From assembly GCA_032718475.1 (NCBI GenBank), contig JAUCBJ010005619.1:1-50851 (forward strand): 50,851 nucleotides of DNA. Reading direction: 5' to 3'. Origin of the DNA: Nemertoderma westbladi (Eukaryota; Animalia; Xenacoelomorpha). The notes beneath the pieces are model-generated. The model saw only the letters and a program-made list of their open reading frames with translations. It was not told where the DNA came from and made no database searches. Below, piece by piece: positions 35,871 through 48,451 of this stretch (positions within the stretch are counted from its first letter, which is position 1; every line of letters begins with the position of its first letter). Both the position numbers and the translations under genes were made by a program.

Positions 35871-37358
35871 TAGGATGGCTAAAACGTCTGTCCTTATCTG
35901 ATCTGATCTGATCTGACGGTATCTGACACTTGTTCCACCTTGGTTCAGAGCGCACCTTGGTGTAGTGGTTATATTGAATTCACATCTCTCGGAGGTTGTG
36001 GGTTCAACCCCGGCATGGGGCCAAGGTAGTTTTCGTTTCGGCACGAATGTTTTGAAGGGTTTAGCGAGGCATCTCTGCCTTGCATCCTTAAATGGTAGCT
36101 AAATGAGTACTGGACTTTCTGCCTATGTCAGCATGTGAAGTTTCCCCGGTATTCCCCTTAAACCCGGGGGGGGGTGTCAATATAATACTTCCCGCTCTGA
36201 AACTAACGATACTAACTAAAAGACTAACTGAAACGAACTAAAAGGAATTCAAATAAAATAAGCTAGAAATTTTAAATTTGTTTTTAGCGGCTGGTGCCAA
36301 ATTTTGGTGTCGGTCCATGTGAAGAATACCGCCCATGTGAAGAATACCAGGATTTCACTTTTCTGTCGACTTTTGGAATTTTATATTTGAAGATTTTAAT
36401 TCTTTTTTAATTTATCTTTATTGAGTGTATTATAGAGCTTATTTATGTCTTGTTTTTTGAGGGGGATGATCTATTGATCAGTCAGTAGGACGGTTAGTAA
36501 GAAGGTGACGGGTGTAACTGTGTAAACAAAACAAGCCGCCGCGGTAACATATTCTCCTTTCCCTCAATTGGTAGGTAACAAAATCGTTTATTGTTTTGGT
36601 TAGAAAACCCTGTCTCGGTAACCTGCTCCTTTCCCTCAATTTGTAGGCAACAACGTCGTTTATTGTTTTGGTTAGAAATTACAGCCGCTGTAACCTGCTC
36701 TTTTCCTTCAATTGGAAGGTATTAAGTGTTTATAAATTCCCACATTCCCATCCACCTTCCCATATTCTTTAATAAATAGTAAAATTAATAAAATTCTTAA
36801 ATTTCATACATATTTTAAATGTAATTTATTAATAAGAATCATTACCGTACTTAATTAATAATATTAATTATAATTAATATAATTAACTTTAACTATTAAT
36901 AATGATAACTATTAACAAGAAAGATTTACGAAAAAAATATTGCAGCAAATGCTGTATTGTTTTTAATAAAAGTTTAATGTTTCAACACCAACTAACAGAC
37001 TAAATCTACGAAAGTTGTTTACATCTGAAACTATCCATCTTGCTGGGACAATCACACAACTTTCATACCCATACCCACCATCCTTCATCCTACTGTATGT
37101 ATATCGCATTTTTAATATATAATAACATGCCTTTGTGCATTTAGATGCATACCGATATGCCTGTACTGCTACTTCATATGATGATACTGATACGTAACAG
37201 GCAACCTGAAACGTGATCCCCTATTCAGCTATTGGCTATTTACCTAACGCTAACAGACAGTTAGGTAAATATTATATCTCTTTCTCCTGATTGGTTATAG
37301 AATCAGATGCTGTCAGATCAGATCAGATCAGATAAGGACAGACGTTTTATTCTACCTC
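35871..37358. mobile_element. Mutator-like non-autonomous element
   Basis: ~55-bp TIRs containing (ATCTG)n (35871-35926 / 37303-37358); 10-bp TSD TTACTCAGTT at 35861-35870 and 37359-37368. Confidence 0.75.
35952..36120 (+). mobile_element. 3'-truncated copy of the tRNA-derived SINE
   Basis: Collinear with 32386-32560. Confidence 0.85.
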
Positions 37359-39286
37359 TTACTCAGTTACTGTATAATAATTATGGTAGGCCTACTTCAG
37401 TACCGGTATGGCCTAGTGCAGTAGTGCTGGTTAGGTAACTGCTGAACTGCAATCACATCAAACTTTAATCACAGTATAGCGTATAGCTGTATACAGGTAT
37501 AGGGTCTACTACAGTCTGACAGTAGTATAATATACCGGTACTCATAATAATAATATCAGAATATGCACCACTCAGTCGGGGAGAAGTTCAAATTTCAACT
37601 GAGTTTAAATTTAAAACTTTTTTTTTTAATTCGACTTTTAAGATAAGATAAGATATGTATATTTTTACTACTTGACAGCTTGAAGAAATCATAACCATAT
37701 TGACATGCATCATAATATAATTATATAAAACTTAAACAAGCGATAGTCTGATAGTATGAATTCATCATGCAGATGGAGGCCGGACGGGTTGAACCCATTA
37801 TTTCGGACACCATATTAATACTACAAAAGTTACTGTACTACACTACTGTGACTGTACTACACTATGTAATCGTAGTCATGAAAATTATTTAGTATTTTAA
37901 ATGTATTTTAAATTTCAATATTTACTATTTATATATAATATATTATGCTAAAGTTTGGTACCATTTAAAGGCTATTTGAAATTACGCAGACAGACATAGA
38001 CAATCAAATAACATATTGCTGTATTGCCTCATACAAACATCCCCCCCCCCCCCCCCCCCCCTCTCACTTCTTAAGTTCCTTTAACTCTAAACTAACTAGT
38101 TTAATTATTAATGCAGACAAATTATGAAAAATAAATGAAAATTATTTAAGTTGTAAATTCAACTCTAAAATGGCAGGAGGCTCAGACAGTCAGAAGGCCC
38201 CCAAGGCCAAGACGTGACAGAAGGGGTGTTTTCATTGTTTTTATGGATGTAACTCTCATTAAAATTAACCCTCATTACTGCATTACCGACAGATGGAAAA
38301 CAAACTTTAACCGTCGGGAACACTTTTTTTTAAAACATTTTAAGTGATTACATTTGCAAATCAGCCATTCCAAGCAAAAGTAAACCTTTTGGTGAAAAAT
38401 GAAAGTACTTAGAGATGCATTTATTTTGTATTGAGTGTGTAGCACACATATTGTGCTTCATAAAACTGCTTTCAAATGTTCCATAACCCTCGCCAATTTT
38501 TTTTTACGGCGTCCGCAAAATGTGATTTAAAAAATGCCAAAAATTCAATATTTTTGGCATAATTACATACAAACCAAAATGGCATGATAATTACCAAACT
38601 GGCAATGTCATATGTTTTTCAGAATCTTATATCTATGTAGTAATTAGCTATGTCGGTTAAATAATGTACAACTAATAAATATTTTTCTAATAGCATTGTA
38701 ATGAGTGGATGGAAAATATGTCACGACCGTTACGCTGAAGAACAAGTTTTTCCAATATCTCCATATCCCCGGCAGTAATGGTTATAATCTTTTATATCTA
38801 TCGTTAGGTGGTTCGTATCAATTGTTTGAGTCATATAGTTTAACTTGACTGTATGTTCCAGTTGTAGTAATCAGCGTAACGGTCGTGACATTAACATGTG
38901 GGAAATGGGAATATTAGCATAGCATGTATAATTCAAGGAACGAAAGGTCGTCTTTTTTACTCTCTATTTAGATTACATTTTGGAATATGATTCGTGATAA
39001 TTGAAATATTGGGTGTACAAAGGTTTCTTCTTAACCTATAATGTGCCATAAGTGATAAGAGCACTTATGACCGTAACGGTTGTGACACAAACTTAGGAAT
39101 CATTATTATACAGTATAAATGAATTTGTATCATTTACAAACATCATTTACATATCATACCACTGCTGCAGTGGGATGTAATTATAATTATACTGTAATCA
39201 GGTAGTACACATAATAACCAAAATATCAGCTTACAATACTACATAGAACAGTAGAACGTATGGCTGCTTACATATAATCTGCAAAA

Positions 39287-39728
39287 TTTGAAAAATTATG
39301 TTTATTTACTCTTGCACTTTTCAATTTAGCACCAAAAATGGTAGGTGTGTTCAACTGCGGAATTTAAAAAGCCTTCCATTGAAATCAGCGCACCAGAAAA
39401 CCTGTATGTAATTGAAATAAACACCATTCCTACAAGTCTAGTTGTTTTCATTAATTTGAAAAATGCTGTTCACTTGCACTTTTCATTTTAGCGCCAAAAA
39501 TAGTAGATGTGTTCAACTGCGGAATTTAAAAAGCCTTCCATTGAAATCGGCGTACCAGAAAACCTATAAGTAATTGAAATAAATACCATTCCTACAAGTC
39601 TAGTTGTTTTCATTAATTTGAAAAATACTTGTTACTTGCACTTTTCATTTTAGCACCAAAAATGGTAGATGTGTTCAATTGCGGAATGTAAAAAGCCTTC
39701 TATTAAAATCAGCGTACAAGAAAACCTG
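39287..39728. repeat. 162-bp tandem repeat, ~2.7 copies
   Basis: CTTGCACTTTTCA at 39311, 39473 and 39635. Confidence 0.9.
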
Positions 39729-39849
39729 CCTGAAATCGATATCAATACCTAACTCTAATATCTTACCATTTTTTGAAATTCAGATTTATGTGAAAATCGA
39801 TAATGTCACAACCGTTACGAAACTATGTCACGACCGTTACGCTGGTTAA

Positions 39850-41453
39850 CACTAATGCTAGCGCATGGACTACATTTGTAGTCAAGCCACTTTCAACAAC
39901 TCTCCCCTCATCAACTTCTAATGCCTTGAAGGTGGTGCTTCATCTATCTGTAGGAAAACGCGTTTTCTATTGGATAATGCGTTTATATTATTGTATTTCC
40001 TGGCCAATGCCTGAGTTAAATGGTTAATTAATGTTGTTTAGCATATGGACTACATTTGTAGTCACAGTGTAGTATAAGGGATTTTGACAAATTTAGTTAG
40101 TCATTGTCTTTATAAACCGTAGAGGCCCAGGGGCACCTGTCTGTATTCACTAAATATATTCATACAAATATGCAGAATTTAATTCTGGATAATACTGTCT
40201 GACTGTAGGCCTAAATTATTACTTTCAGAATCAAATTTAGATACAGTACTGAGGTAGAGTTGCCGACCTGTTACTAACTAACCTGCCACATATAGCCTGC
40301 TATAAGTGATACAAATACAATGACAAACTATAATCGGCTATTGTTTGAAAGCTATTTTCCTGATCAACGTGACCGTGATATTTTGGAGCAAGCCATTGAA
40401 ACTATAAACGTACAGCACTGGCTTGATCTTGGTGATGAGACACCGGAACAAGATGAAGAAAATGGCACACAAAATGATGGAATCGAAAATACAGTTGATA
40501 TTTGTAATGTGGCAACGGGAACAGATATTAGAAATTCTGATGATGATGTTGAAAATGTGGTTGGTATCAGTGTCATTTTGGATGATGATGAGGCTGGCGA
40601 TCTCAGCAGTGCTTCGGATTTTGACATGGAAACCACTCCATTTGACTGTAGTGATTTGAGCGACAGTGATACGAGTTCAGGTAATACTCTGCCTGCTGTC
40701 CACCCAATTTATGTGGCAAAGTCAGGTGCAGAATACACCACTGTGCAACCCCCACCATGCAAGCGTAGTAAACAAGATATTATGCCAAATAGTAAAGTTC
40801 CTTCTGCGGGTCCCAGACGATGTAAGCTATGTTTAGAAAGGTCAGATAGCAAGCAAACGAGAGTCCGGTGTGATAAATGCTTTGTACCAGTCTGCAAAGA
40901 TCACCATATCGTTGTGAAAACATGTATTGAATGTTTAGGAGTCTAGACAAGTAACAACTATAGGCTTACCAGTGCTTCATAATAAACTATGCAATATTTA
41001 GAAAGGTTTAGCATGTTTAAAATTTAGAAACGTCATATAGCAAGCAAACAAGAGTCCGGTGTGATAAATGCAAAGATAACCACAAACTTTTATTGACTGT
41101 TTGGGTATCTAAACAAACAACAACACAACTGTAGTCTTCCTACTTTTTTTATATGAACTGAACTATGCAATACAATTTTATGTTGGAACTGAATATACAG
41201 ATATACTTAAATAACCTAGAACTCACACATAATCATGTTGTTGTTATTGTATATGTTGTCCAACCCCCCCCCACCCCCCCCCCCCCCCCCAACCTAAAGT
41301 TTGGCATGAAAATGGTTCCACAAACTATTTATTTTCTATTTTTAAATAAAATTATTCAAAAAAATAACATTGTAAATAATGTTCAAATAATGTGACTACA
41401 AATGTAGTCCATACGCTAAACAACTTATATTAGAAACTGTGCTAGGATTAGTG
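39850..41453 (+). mobile_element. Internally deleted piggyBac element; inner layer of the nest
   Basis: TTAA on both sides; TIRs CACTAATGCTAGC / GCTAGGATTAGTG; subterminal inverted repeats TGGACTACATTTGTAGTCA. Confidence 0.9.
40320..40946 (+). CDS. piggyBac transposase derivative: acidic N-terminus fused to the C-terminal Cys-rich domain, no catalytic core
   Basis: Open 208-aa ORF; D/E/S-rich N-terminus; RRCKLC...RCDKCFVPVCKDH...CIEC. Confidence 0.75.
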   Translation: MTNYNRLLFESYFPDQRDRDILEQAIETINVQHWLDLGDETPEQDEENGTQNDGIENTVDICNVATGTDIRNSDDDVENVVGISVILDDDEAGDLSSASDFDMETTPFDCSDLSDSDTSSGNTLPAVHPIYVAKSGAEYTTVQPPPCKRSKQDIMPNSKVPSAGPRRCKLCLERSDSKQTRVRCDKCFVPVCKDHHIVVKTCIECLGV

Positions 41454-42641
41454 TTAATTGATTGCCACATTCTCTAATGATATTATATTGCCATACTGTT
41501 AATTTCATTTTAAACTCTATCTATTAACATGTTAGTCTGACATAAGTAACGCTAAATAAGTACAGTAAATTCGATAGAAATTTATATTGTGTAGGAGTCT
41601 CTAAAAAGCTTGTCCATTTCAGTCACGACCGTTACGCCAACTTTAAACTGGAATACAATCAATAAAACGTAATGTATTCCAGTGCGGTTTCGATTTTATT
41701 AAAGGTCCATATCTTAGGATCATATCATAGTAATATCTTTTCAATATCATTCTTCCATGTGCCCTTAGAATACTCATTAATACCGGAAACCCATGCGGAA
41801 TGTCACGACCGTTACGCTGGAATGGCTGAAATTAGCTGAAATACTATCAGACTATGGGAATTTATAAGATGTATTTAATTACAGCTGAATGTCATAACTC
41901 ATAATTATTATACAATGGAATGCCAGAAATGGATTCCAATTCCATATTTCAATATTTGAAAAGCTACTCCAAAAGTTGAATTTTAATAAAATGTTGAATT
42001 TTAAAAAATAAAGTTGAAATTTCAACTCAGTTGAAAATAGAACTTCTCCCCGACTGCCACTATAATGTCAATAGCGGCCTTGGTTCTATGGTCAAGTATG
42101 AAATGATTGACATAACTTTGATTTGTAGGCCTAGATTTTGACTGGCATGCAGTCTGACAGTAGAAGTACACTACTGTTCGTATAATACAATCTGTATAAT
42201 GCAAGACCTGATGACATTATGCAGTGGGTAGATATATAAACTCGAATAACTGCAGAACTGAGACTCAAAATTTAGGTCATAGGCCTACAGGCCTAGTCTT
42301 ACTGTCTTAAAGTAGCCCATATACTGAAGGATAGCTGGATAGTCTATGCTAAGTATAGACTACGTTTATGTAGGCTGTCTGGCTGTGGTCCTATGCCTCT
42401 GCCTCTCCCTCTATCTAGCAAATTTATTGAGTTCCTCCCTCTGCAATTTTGCGGGCTTAGCAGCTTGGGACCGTTTTTTGTGTTTTTCGAACACAAAAAG
42501 CTGCATTAAACCTCATAAGATTGTATTGTCATGCTCTCTGACTGCTAGATCAACGCCCTTCACCCTTACAGTCTGATCAATGTGTGGCTTGCCCCACAAT
42601 GCTTTGTTTTATTTTGCACATCCACATCATGTGCGGGTGCG

Positions 42642-43111
42642 CGGTCCTACGAATTACCCCAAAATACCCCAAAACACCCCAAAATACCCCAAAAGACCCC
42701 AAAATAGTATAAAACTACCCCAAAATACCCCAAAATAGTTTATAATTACCCCAAAATACCCCAAAATAGTTTAGAATTACCCCAAAATACTTTTTTTTGA
42801 GCCTTTGTTTTGGAAATTTAATTTACCCCAAAATATGGCAAAATGACGAATTACCCCAAAATAATGACGAATTACCCCAAAATAATTAAAAAATTTTTCT
42901 TCACTCTCGTTTATTGTTTTGGTTAAAAAAACTTGCCACTGTAACCTGCTCCTTTCCCTCGCTGTTAAAAAACATTGTTAGCTTATTTTGGGGTATTTTG
43001 GGGTAATTTTTTAGCCTTTTTGGGGTATTTTGGGGTAATTTTTGACTATTTTGGGGTATTTTGGAGTATTTTGGGGTGTTTTGGGGTATTTTGGGGTAAT
43101 TCGTAGGACCC
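42642..43111. mobile_element. Fold-back MITE (Mutator-like) built from TACCCCAAAA repeats
   Basis: TIRs GGTCCTACGAATTACCCCAAAATACCCC; 8-9-bp TSD CGGGTGCG(C) at 42634 and 43112. Confidence 0.85.
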
Positions 43112-43378
43112 CGGGTGCGCCCTTCTACACGAATTTAATTAGGCCTACACTTGTATACCAGTACTGCAGTACACGTACTCTTTGTTGTACTCTTCGTTGT
43201 ACTCTTTTCGTATTTTGTACTATATTGTACTATTTTGTATTTGTCTGTTTCAGTGTTTCTTTGTACTTTATGTACAGATTCGTCGGACCCAAAACTTCAG
43301 AACTTAAAGCATTTAGCTAGGGCTCGATCGGACCTACGGCCTCCGGCTCCGGCTCCGGCCATTTTGGCAATGCAATGC

Positions 43379-43463
43379 ACTGCAATAATCTGATAATATT
43401 GCCTGTTTTATAGGCTAAATGATTTAGCCTATAAAACAGGCAATATTATCAGATTATTGCAGT
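43379..43463. repeat. Perfect 85-bp palindrome (42-bp arms, 1-nt centre)
   Basis: ACTGCAATAATCTGATAATATTGCCTGTTTTATAGGCTAAAT-G-exact reverse complement. Confidence 0.95.
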
Positions 43464-43812
43464 AGGCCTATCTGCCTATTGGATGTTCAGAAAATTATTG
43501 CTTTCGATTTTACTCTCACTCTCATGTCCTTGCTGCCTTGGTTTGGTATTGGTATTGGCATGATTGGTACTGGTAGTAGTGGCCTAGCTGCCTAGTACTG
43601 TCTGAGTGTAGTACGGCAGATGTAAATGTAGGGCCTACTGGTCAGCTGGTAGCACATCTCCATCTCAGCTTAGTCTTTAGTCTGATAGTGTTTAGTGTTA
43701 GTCAGTTGTTGTTGCAGTGTTGTTGAACGCTTGACCTTGAACCTAGATCAATAGATACATAGATAGACCAGTAGGCCTACCAACTACTGAACTAAACATA
43801 CCAGAGAACGAA

Positions 43813-44733
43813 ATGGCGTCTACTGAGGAGTACTCAGACTATCTATCCGATACTGTAGTTCCCCCTGGCCAGGTGCCTGCAGTTCAAGATCACACTGTAG
43901 AGGGAAACAATTTCGACACATCAATTCAACCTGAACAAATACAGCAACATGACCAAATACAACAGCAGCAGGCAGCAGAACCGCTACCTCCTGGACCTCC
44001 TAAATCATTCCTCCTACCAGAAGAAGTCAACGACATCGACCCAGACGACTTCCTTTCCCTGGACCAATACCAAAATATAATCCTCCGCAAACGAGTCCTA
44101 ATGCCTTTACAAAAATATCCCGGCTACAATTTCATTGGCAAGATCCTCGGACCCAAAGGTGATACATTGAAGCAGTTGATTAAGGACTCTAGATGCCGGA
44201 TATTTCTACTCGGCAGAGGCACTGTTAGAGATAGAGATGAAGAGGAGAGACGCCGCATGTCAGGCGACCCTCAATACATCCATCTTAATTACGATCAACA
44301 CGTCCTTGTAGAGACGAAAGCCACAGCCCCCGAGGCGTTTGGAAATATTTCCACAGCTTTAAAGGGTTTGTCAACATTGCTAGTTCCTGATGAAGATCAA
44401 CTAGCGAGTCAAGGCCAGGCAACTTATGTTGCTACTCCTACTAGCAACCATGCAGTCCGTCCTAGGGACGGTTACCGTGGTACCGGTAGGGGTTACGGGT
44501 CTACCCAACCGGGACCCTACGGGGCACAGGTGAGTGGCTTTCCGTCGCCGAGTGGGGATCAGTTCTACCCAACAGCTGGTTTCGGGGCTGTGGGTAGTGT
44601 TCCTGCGGGGCGGGGGTATGGGCGCGGTGGGAGGGGCGGTGGCTTTGGGGCTTCGGATAGGGGGCGGGGAGCCAGATCCCATCCCTATGCTGGTAGGGGT
44701 GGGCACCGTGGTGGGCATGGGAGGGGCGTTTAA
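43813..44733 (+). CDS. KHDRBS: STAR-family KH-domain RNA-binding protein (Sam68/KHDRBS-like), intronless
   Basis: KYPGYNFIGKILGPKGDTLKQL...IFLLGRGTVRD..EEE...HLNYDQHVLVE; RGG-rich tail; RSHPY PY-NLS-like motif. Confidence 0.88.
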   Translation: MASTEEYSDYLSDTVVPPGQVPAVQDHTVEGNNFDTSIQPEQIQQHDQIQQQQAAEPLPPGPPKSFLLPEEVNDIDPDDFLSLDQYQNIILRKRVLMPLQKYPGYNFIGKILGPKGDTLKQLIKDSRCRIFLLGRGTVRDRDEEERRRMSGDPQYIHLNYDQHVLVETKATAPEAFGNISTALKGLSTLLVPDEDQLASQGQATYVATPTSNHAVRPRDGYRGTGRGYGSTQPGPYGAQVSGFPSPSGDQFYPTAGFGAVGSVPAGRGYGRGGRGGGFGASDRGRGARSHPYAGRGGHRGGHGRGV

Positions 44734-45794
44734 GTAAAATCATAGGCTAAGGAAAGCTGCGGTATATCTTCTCAACCAGTTACTGTAAATCATTTATATA
44801 CTTTATCGTAGTTATTACGATAACTTTGGGATTAACTGGGGATAAACTATTCCATCCATTTCGCCTCGGGAGGACGTTAACATCTAATTAATACTATTAA
44901 AGAATAATGGAATTTGAAAGTAAAAAATTATAATATAAATGAAGATGTTATGTTTATTACTAACAATAGAAACAACGAAGACTACGTTTATTATAAACAT
45001 GTCACGGCACAGGTCTGATTCTCTATTATATAATTAAATAATCATTATAATTATATAATATTTATATATTATATAACTGATGTAACTATATATAGCGACG
45101 GAGTACCTACTTGTATGATGTCAAATATTTTAAAATAATATGGTGTATCATAAGCAAACTTAACTGCATTATAATAATACATTATTTTTTTGGACGTTGT
45201 AAACAATCTTTCTGCACTTATTAATTGTTTTGTAGGGTTTAATGTAATGTGTGTTGTCAAGTTACCGTACTATATACTGTAATATAAATATATAATATTA
45301 TACTTTTCAAAAGTTAAACAATGCATTACCGGTACCATTAATGTATAGTAGTTATTTATAATTCAAAAACAGTTGTTTGTAACACGGATGGCTGAAACCT
45401 AAAATAATAGGAAGGTTTTAAAGTAGACCTGGTAAATTTTGTATATATCGAAGGTAAATAAAGGCTAATAAGAATTTTAAAGAAAAATAAACTTTTCAAA
45501 TATAAACAAACATGTTTAAGTTTTTAATCAATCATATTATTTTAATTATTGCTCAGTTAAAATCAGAGACGGGGGGGGGGGGGGGGTGGGGGCTGGAAGC
45601 AAATCCCATCTCAGCGAATTAATATCTCGCCCCCTCGCCTCAATGTTAAAATCTCAATTTAGGGACAGTTCTAATCTAACCAAAACAATAAACGAAACTC
45701 AATAGAACAGGATTACAGTTTTATTTTTGGGAGTAATCAGATGTTATTTGCGTCAAATTTCCCCAGGAGAGCGTTGAATTCTTATTGCATCGAA

Positions 45795-45827
<33 letters not shown>

Positions 45828-47297
45828 ACCCCCCCCCCCCCTATCTGTAAAATATTTCATATATCATTTAAAATAATACTTCTAGCCAATTTTGATGAAA
45901 TCCTAATAAAACATACCTAATATAATAATATCCCCATCCCTGGTTTATAATATTCTATAGAGCCTTACAGCTTACAGTATTATATACTGGTGCAGTATTA
46001 AATGGCGATATGGGATGGACCATCGTTATAAAAATCAGAGTGTTGGTTTAATAGTTGCAGTTTAATTCCTAAACTGTAGCATTACCGGTACTACATTTTA
46101 ACGATATTGTGCATTAATTAAAATTATTTATTTACCTTATCGCCCCTCGATCTCTAGTTTATTGACATCGATAGCTGTGCGCGTCCGGTAAATGAGAGAT
46201 ATCAGGACGACCGGGAAATAAAGTATATTTTATTTTATGCACAATTTATATAAATATATAATTGTTATATTTCCATTGCGATTGATTAGGCAATATATGA
46301 AACTAAATAATAGTATATTTCACTGCTGACTGCTATTTGTTTACATTGACATACCGGACGGTACTGGTAATATAGTTTCGATTAATTATATAATAATAAT
46401 AATATCGTTATTATTTAATGGTTCGGTTGGAATATATGTCAATAAATAATAGGTGTTTGTTTTGTTATAAATATATATAAAATGTTATATTTAATTCTTT
46501 ATAAATAACATATTATTTATATTAAGGTTGTAATATATAACTAAAATACGTGAAACATTTATTCAATAATACGGTATCTAACTTAATCAGTTAAATTATA
46601 TAAGTATGAAATTTGTTCTAACTAAAAAATATAGTTGGTAAAAGAATGAAATGGTTGAATTAATACTCACGAATTATTTATATGTAAACAACAAGAAGGT
46701 ACTCGAACCTGTATATTTATTGGCAAGGAGCGATTTTATTGCGAAAAATTTCTGTTTTTCCATAGTTATTGGTTAAAAGTATACATTATAATATTAAAAA
46801 CGAAGATCTTCTTTGTTTACCATAATAAAAATATATTATAGTTAACGGAGTATATATATATACTATATATAGAGTATACATAATTTCAATGTTCTTTAAT
46901 ATAATAAACATACACTAACTAATGTACACATATAATTATATACAGCAAGAATGTGTTCAAACAATATATATAATTAATTGTTTATATATTAATTGTATTA
47001 TACAGTAACATTATGGTTTACTCTTAATAATATTAAAAATGCTAAGTAATTATTTAATAAAATATTGTAAATTGTGCTTGGTATATAATGTATAACGTAT
47101 AATAATTAAGCTCTGATTCGGCGGGTTGAGCGGTTATTTCCAAATTAAAGATTCAAGTTTAATTCAGTTACATCTTAAGGAATATTTGCAATTCTGTTAC
47201 TTTCAGTTCTTAACTGACAAACTTTGTAAAATATCGGAAGTGTTGGCCCGAAGGGAAAATTGCCCTGATCGTTTTTATATTTTATAAAAATGTAATT

Positions 47298-48451
47298 GGC
47301 ACGGAACGCTCAACACTAACTCCAAATGGGGAACATCCGGCCCATGTGAAGAATACCAGACTTCCTGCCGTTATATTTCAATTTGCAGATACCGGCGGGT
47401 TGAGCGGTTATTTCCAAATTAAAGATTCAAGTTTAATTCAGTTACATCTTAAGGAATATTTGCAATTCTGTTACTTTCAGTTCTTAACTGACAAACTTTG
47501 TAAAATATCGGAAGTGTTGGCCCGAAGGGAAAATTGCCCTGATCGTTTTATATTTTATAAAAATGTTAAAACATTCACAATGTGTTGATTTCTGGAGTGT
47601 TTAGAGAGGAGCCTGGAGTGCTTTGCTTCGAAACAACTGTCCTGTTCTTGGTCAGCAAAGGTAGAATGTCGGAAGTGCTAAATTACAGTTCCATCTGTGA
47701 GATAATCAATTATATAGTTAAGTTAATTTAATTAACTTATTTTGCCTATGAGTATGGTTGAGAATAGCTGAGCTATGAGCATTGAAATGGTGCATGTTTT
47801 CGCATACAATCCAATAATGCTTTACTTATATAATTTTACTATTAATTATAAATTTCACTCCGGTTGCTAATTTCAGAAAGTTTAATAATGTTGCACTGCA
47901 CAGCGCATGCATTATGACCTTTCGAATGCTTTAGCCGGTTCAGACGTGGCAACTTTGTCAGCAACTTTATTTGGAGCAGCTTGGTTATGGTTAGTTTGAC
48001 TGTAAAACTGGGTAATTAACATTGACGATTAGTGAGTCCAACAACGTATGTTAAGAAGATACTTCCACTACAATAGTAGTGGTTTATATTTATTTTGTGA
48101 TAGTTATTAGTTATGGAGTGTTCCGCCCATGTGAAGAATACAAGGATTTCACTTTTCGGTCGACTTTTTATTGGAATTTTATATACCGGTATGAAGATTT
48201 TTTATTTTTTCTAATTTATCTTTATTAAGTGTTTTATAGCGTTTATTTCTGTTTTATAACCTGTACATATACTAATTCGTTTATTGTTTTGGTTAAATTC
48301 AGCCCTTCTGTAACCTGTGTTGTTGGTGAAAGAAAACCTGCTATTCTTCACATGGGGTATCTGCAAATTGAAATATAACGGCAGGAAGTCTGGTATTCTT
48401 CACATGGGCCGGATGTTCCCCATTTGGAGTTAGTGTTGAGCGTTCCGTGCC
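47298..48451. mobile_element. Non-autonomous TIR element with perfect 96-bp TIRs
   Basis: 47298-47393 (GGCACGGAACGCTCAAC...GCAGATACC) is the reverse complement of 48356-48451; no matching TSD. Confidence 0.85.

Larger units (their letters stand above)
38362..41828. mobile_element. Sola1-like non-autonomous element; middle layer of the nest
   Basis: Termini CAGCCATTCCA / TGGAATGGCTG; 4-bp AAAT TSD (AWWT type); GTCACGACCGTTACGC motif repeated on both strands. Confidence 0.65.
37573..42056. mobile_element. CAG...CTG DNA transposon (hAT-like termini) with a 5-bp TSD; outer layer of a nest
   Basis: TIRs CAGTCGGGGAGAAGTTC...TTTCAACTGAGTT / AACTCAGTTGAAA...GAACTTCTCCCCGACTG; CCACT at 37568-37572 and 42057-42061. 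Confidence 0.75.

Noticed and set aside
42987-43097. Ciliate-like telomeric TTTTGGGG repeats
   Set aside because: They are the arm of a TSD-flanked fold-back MITE
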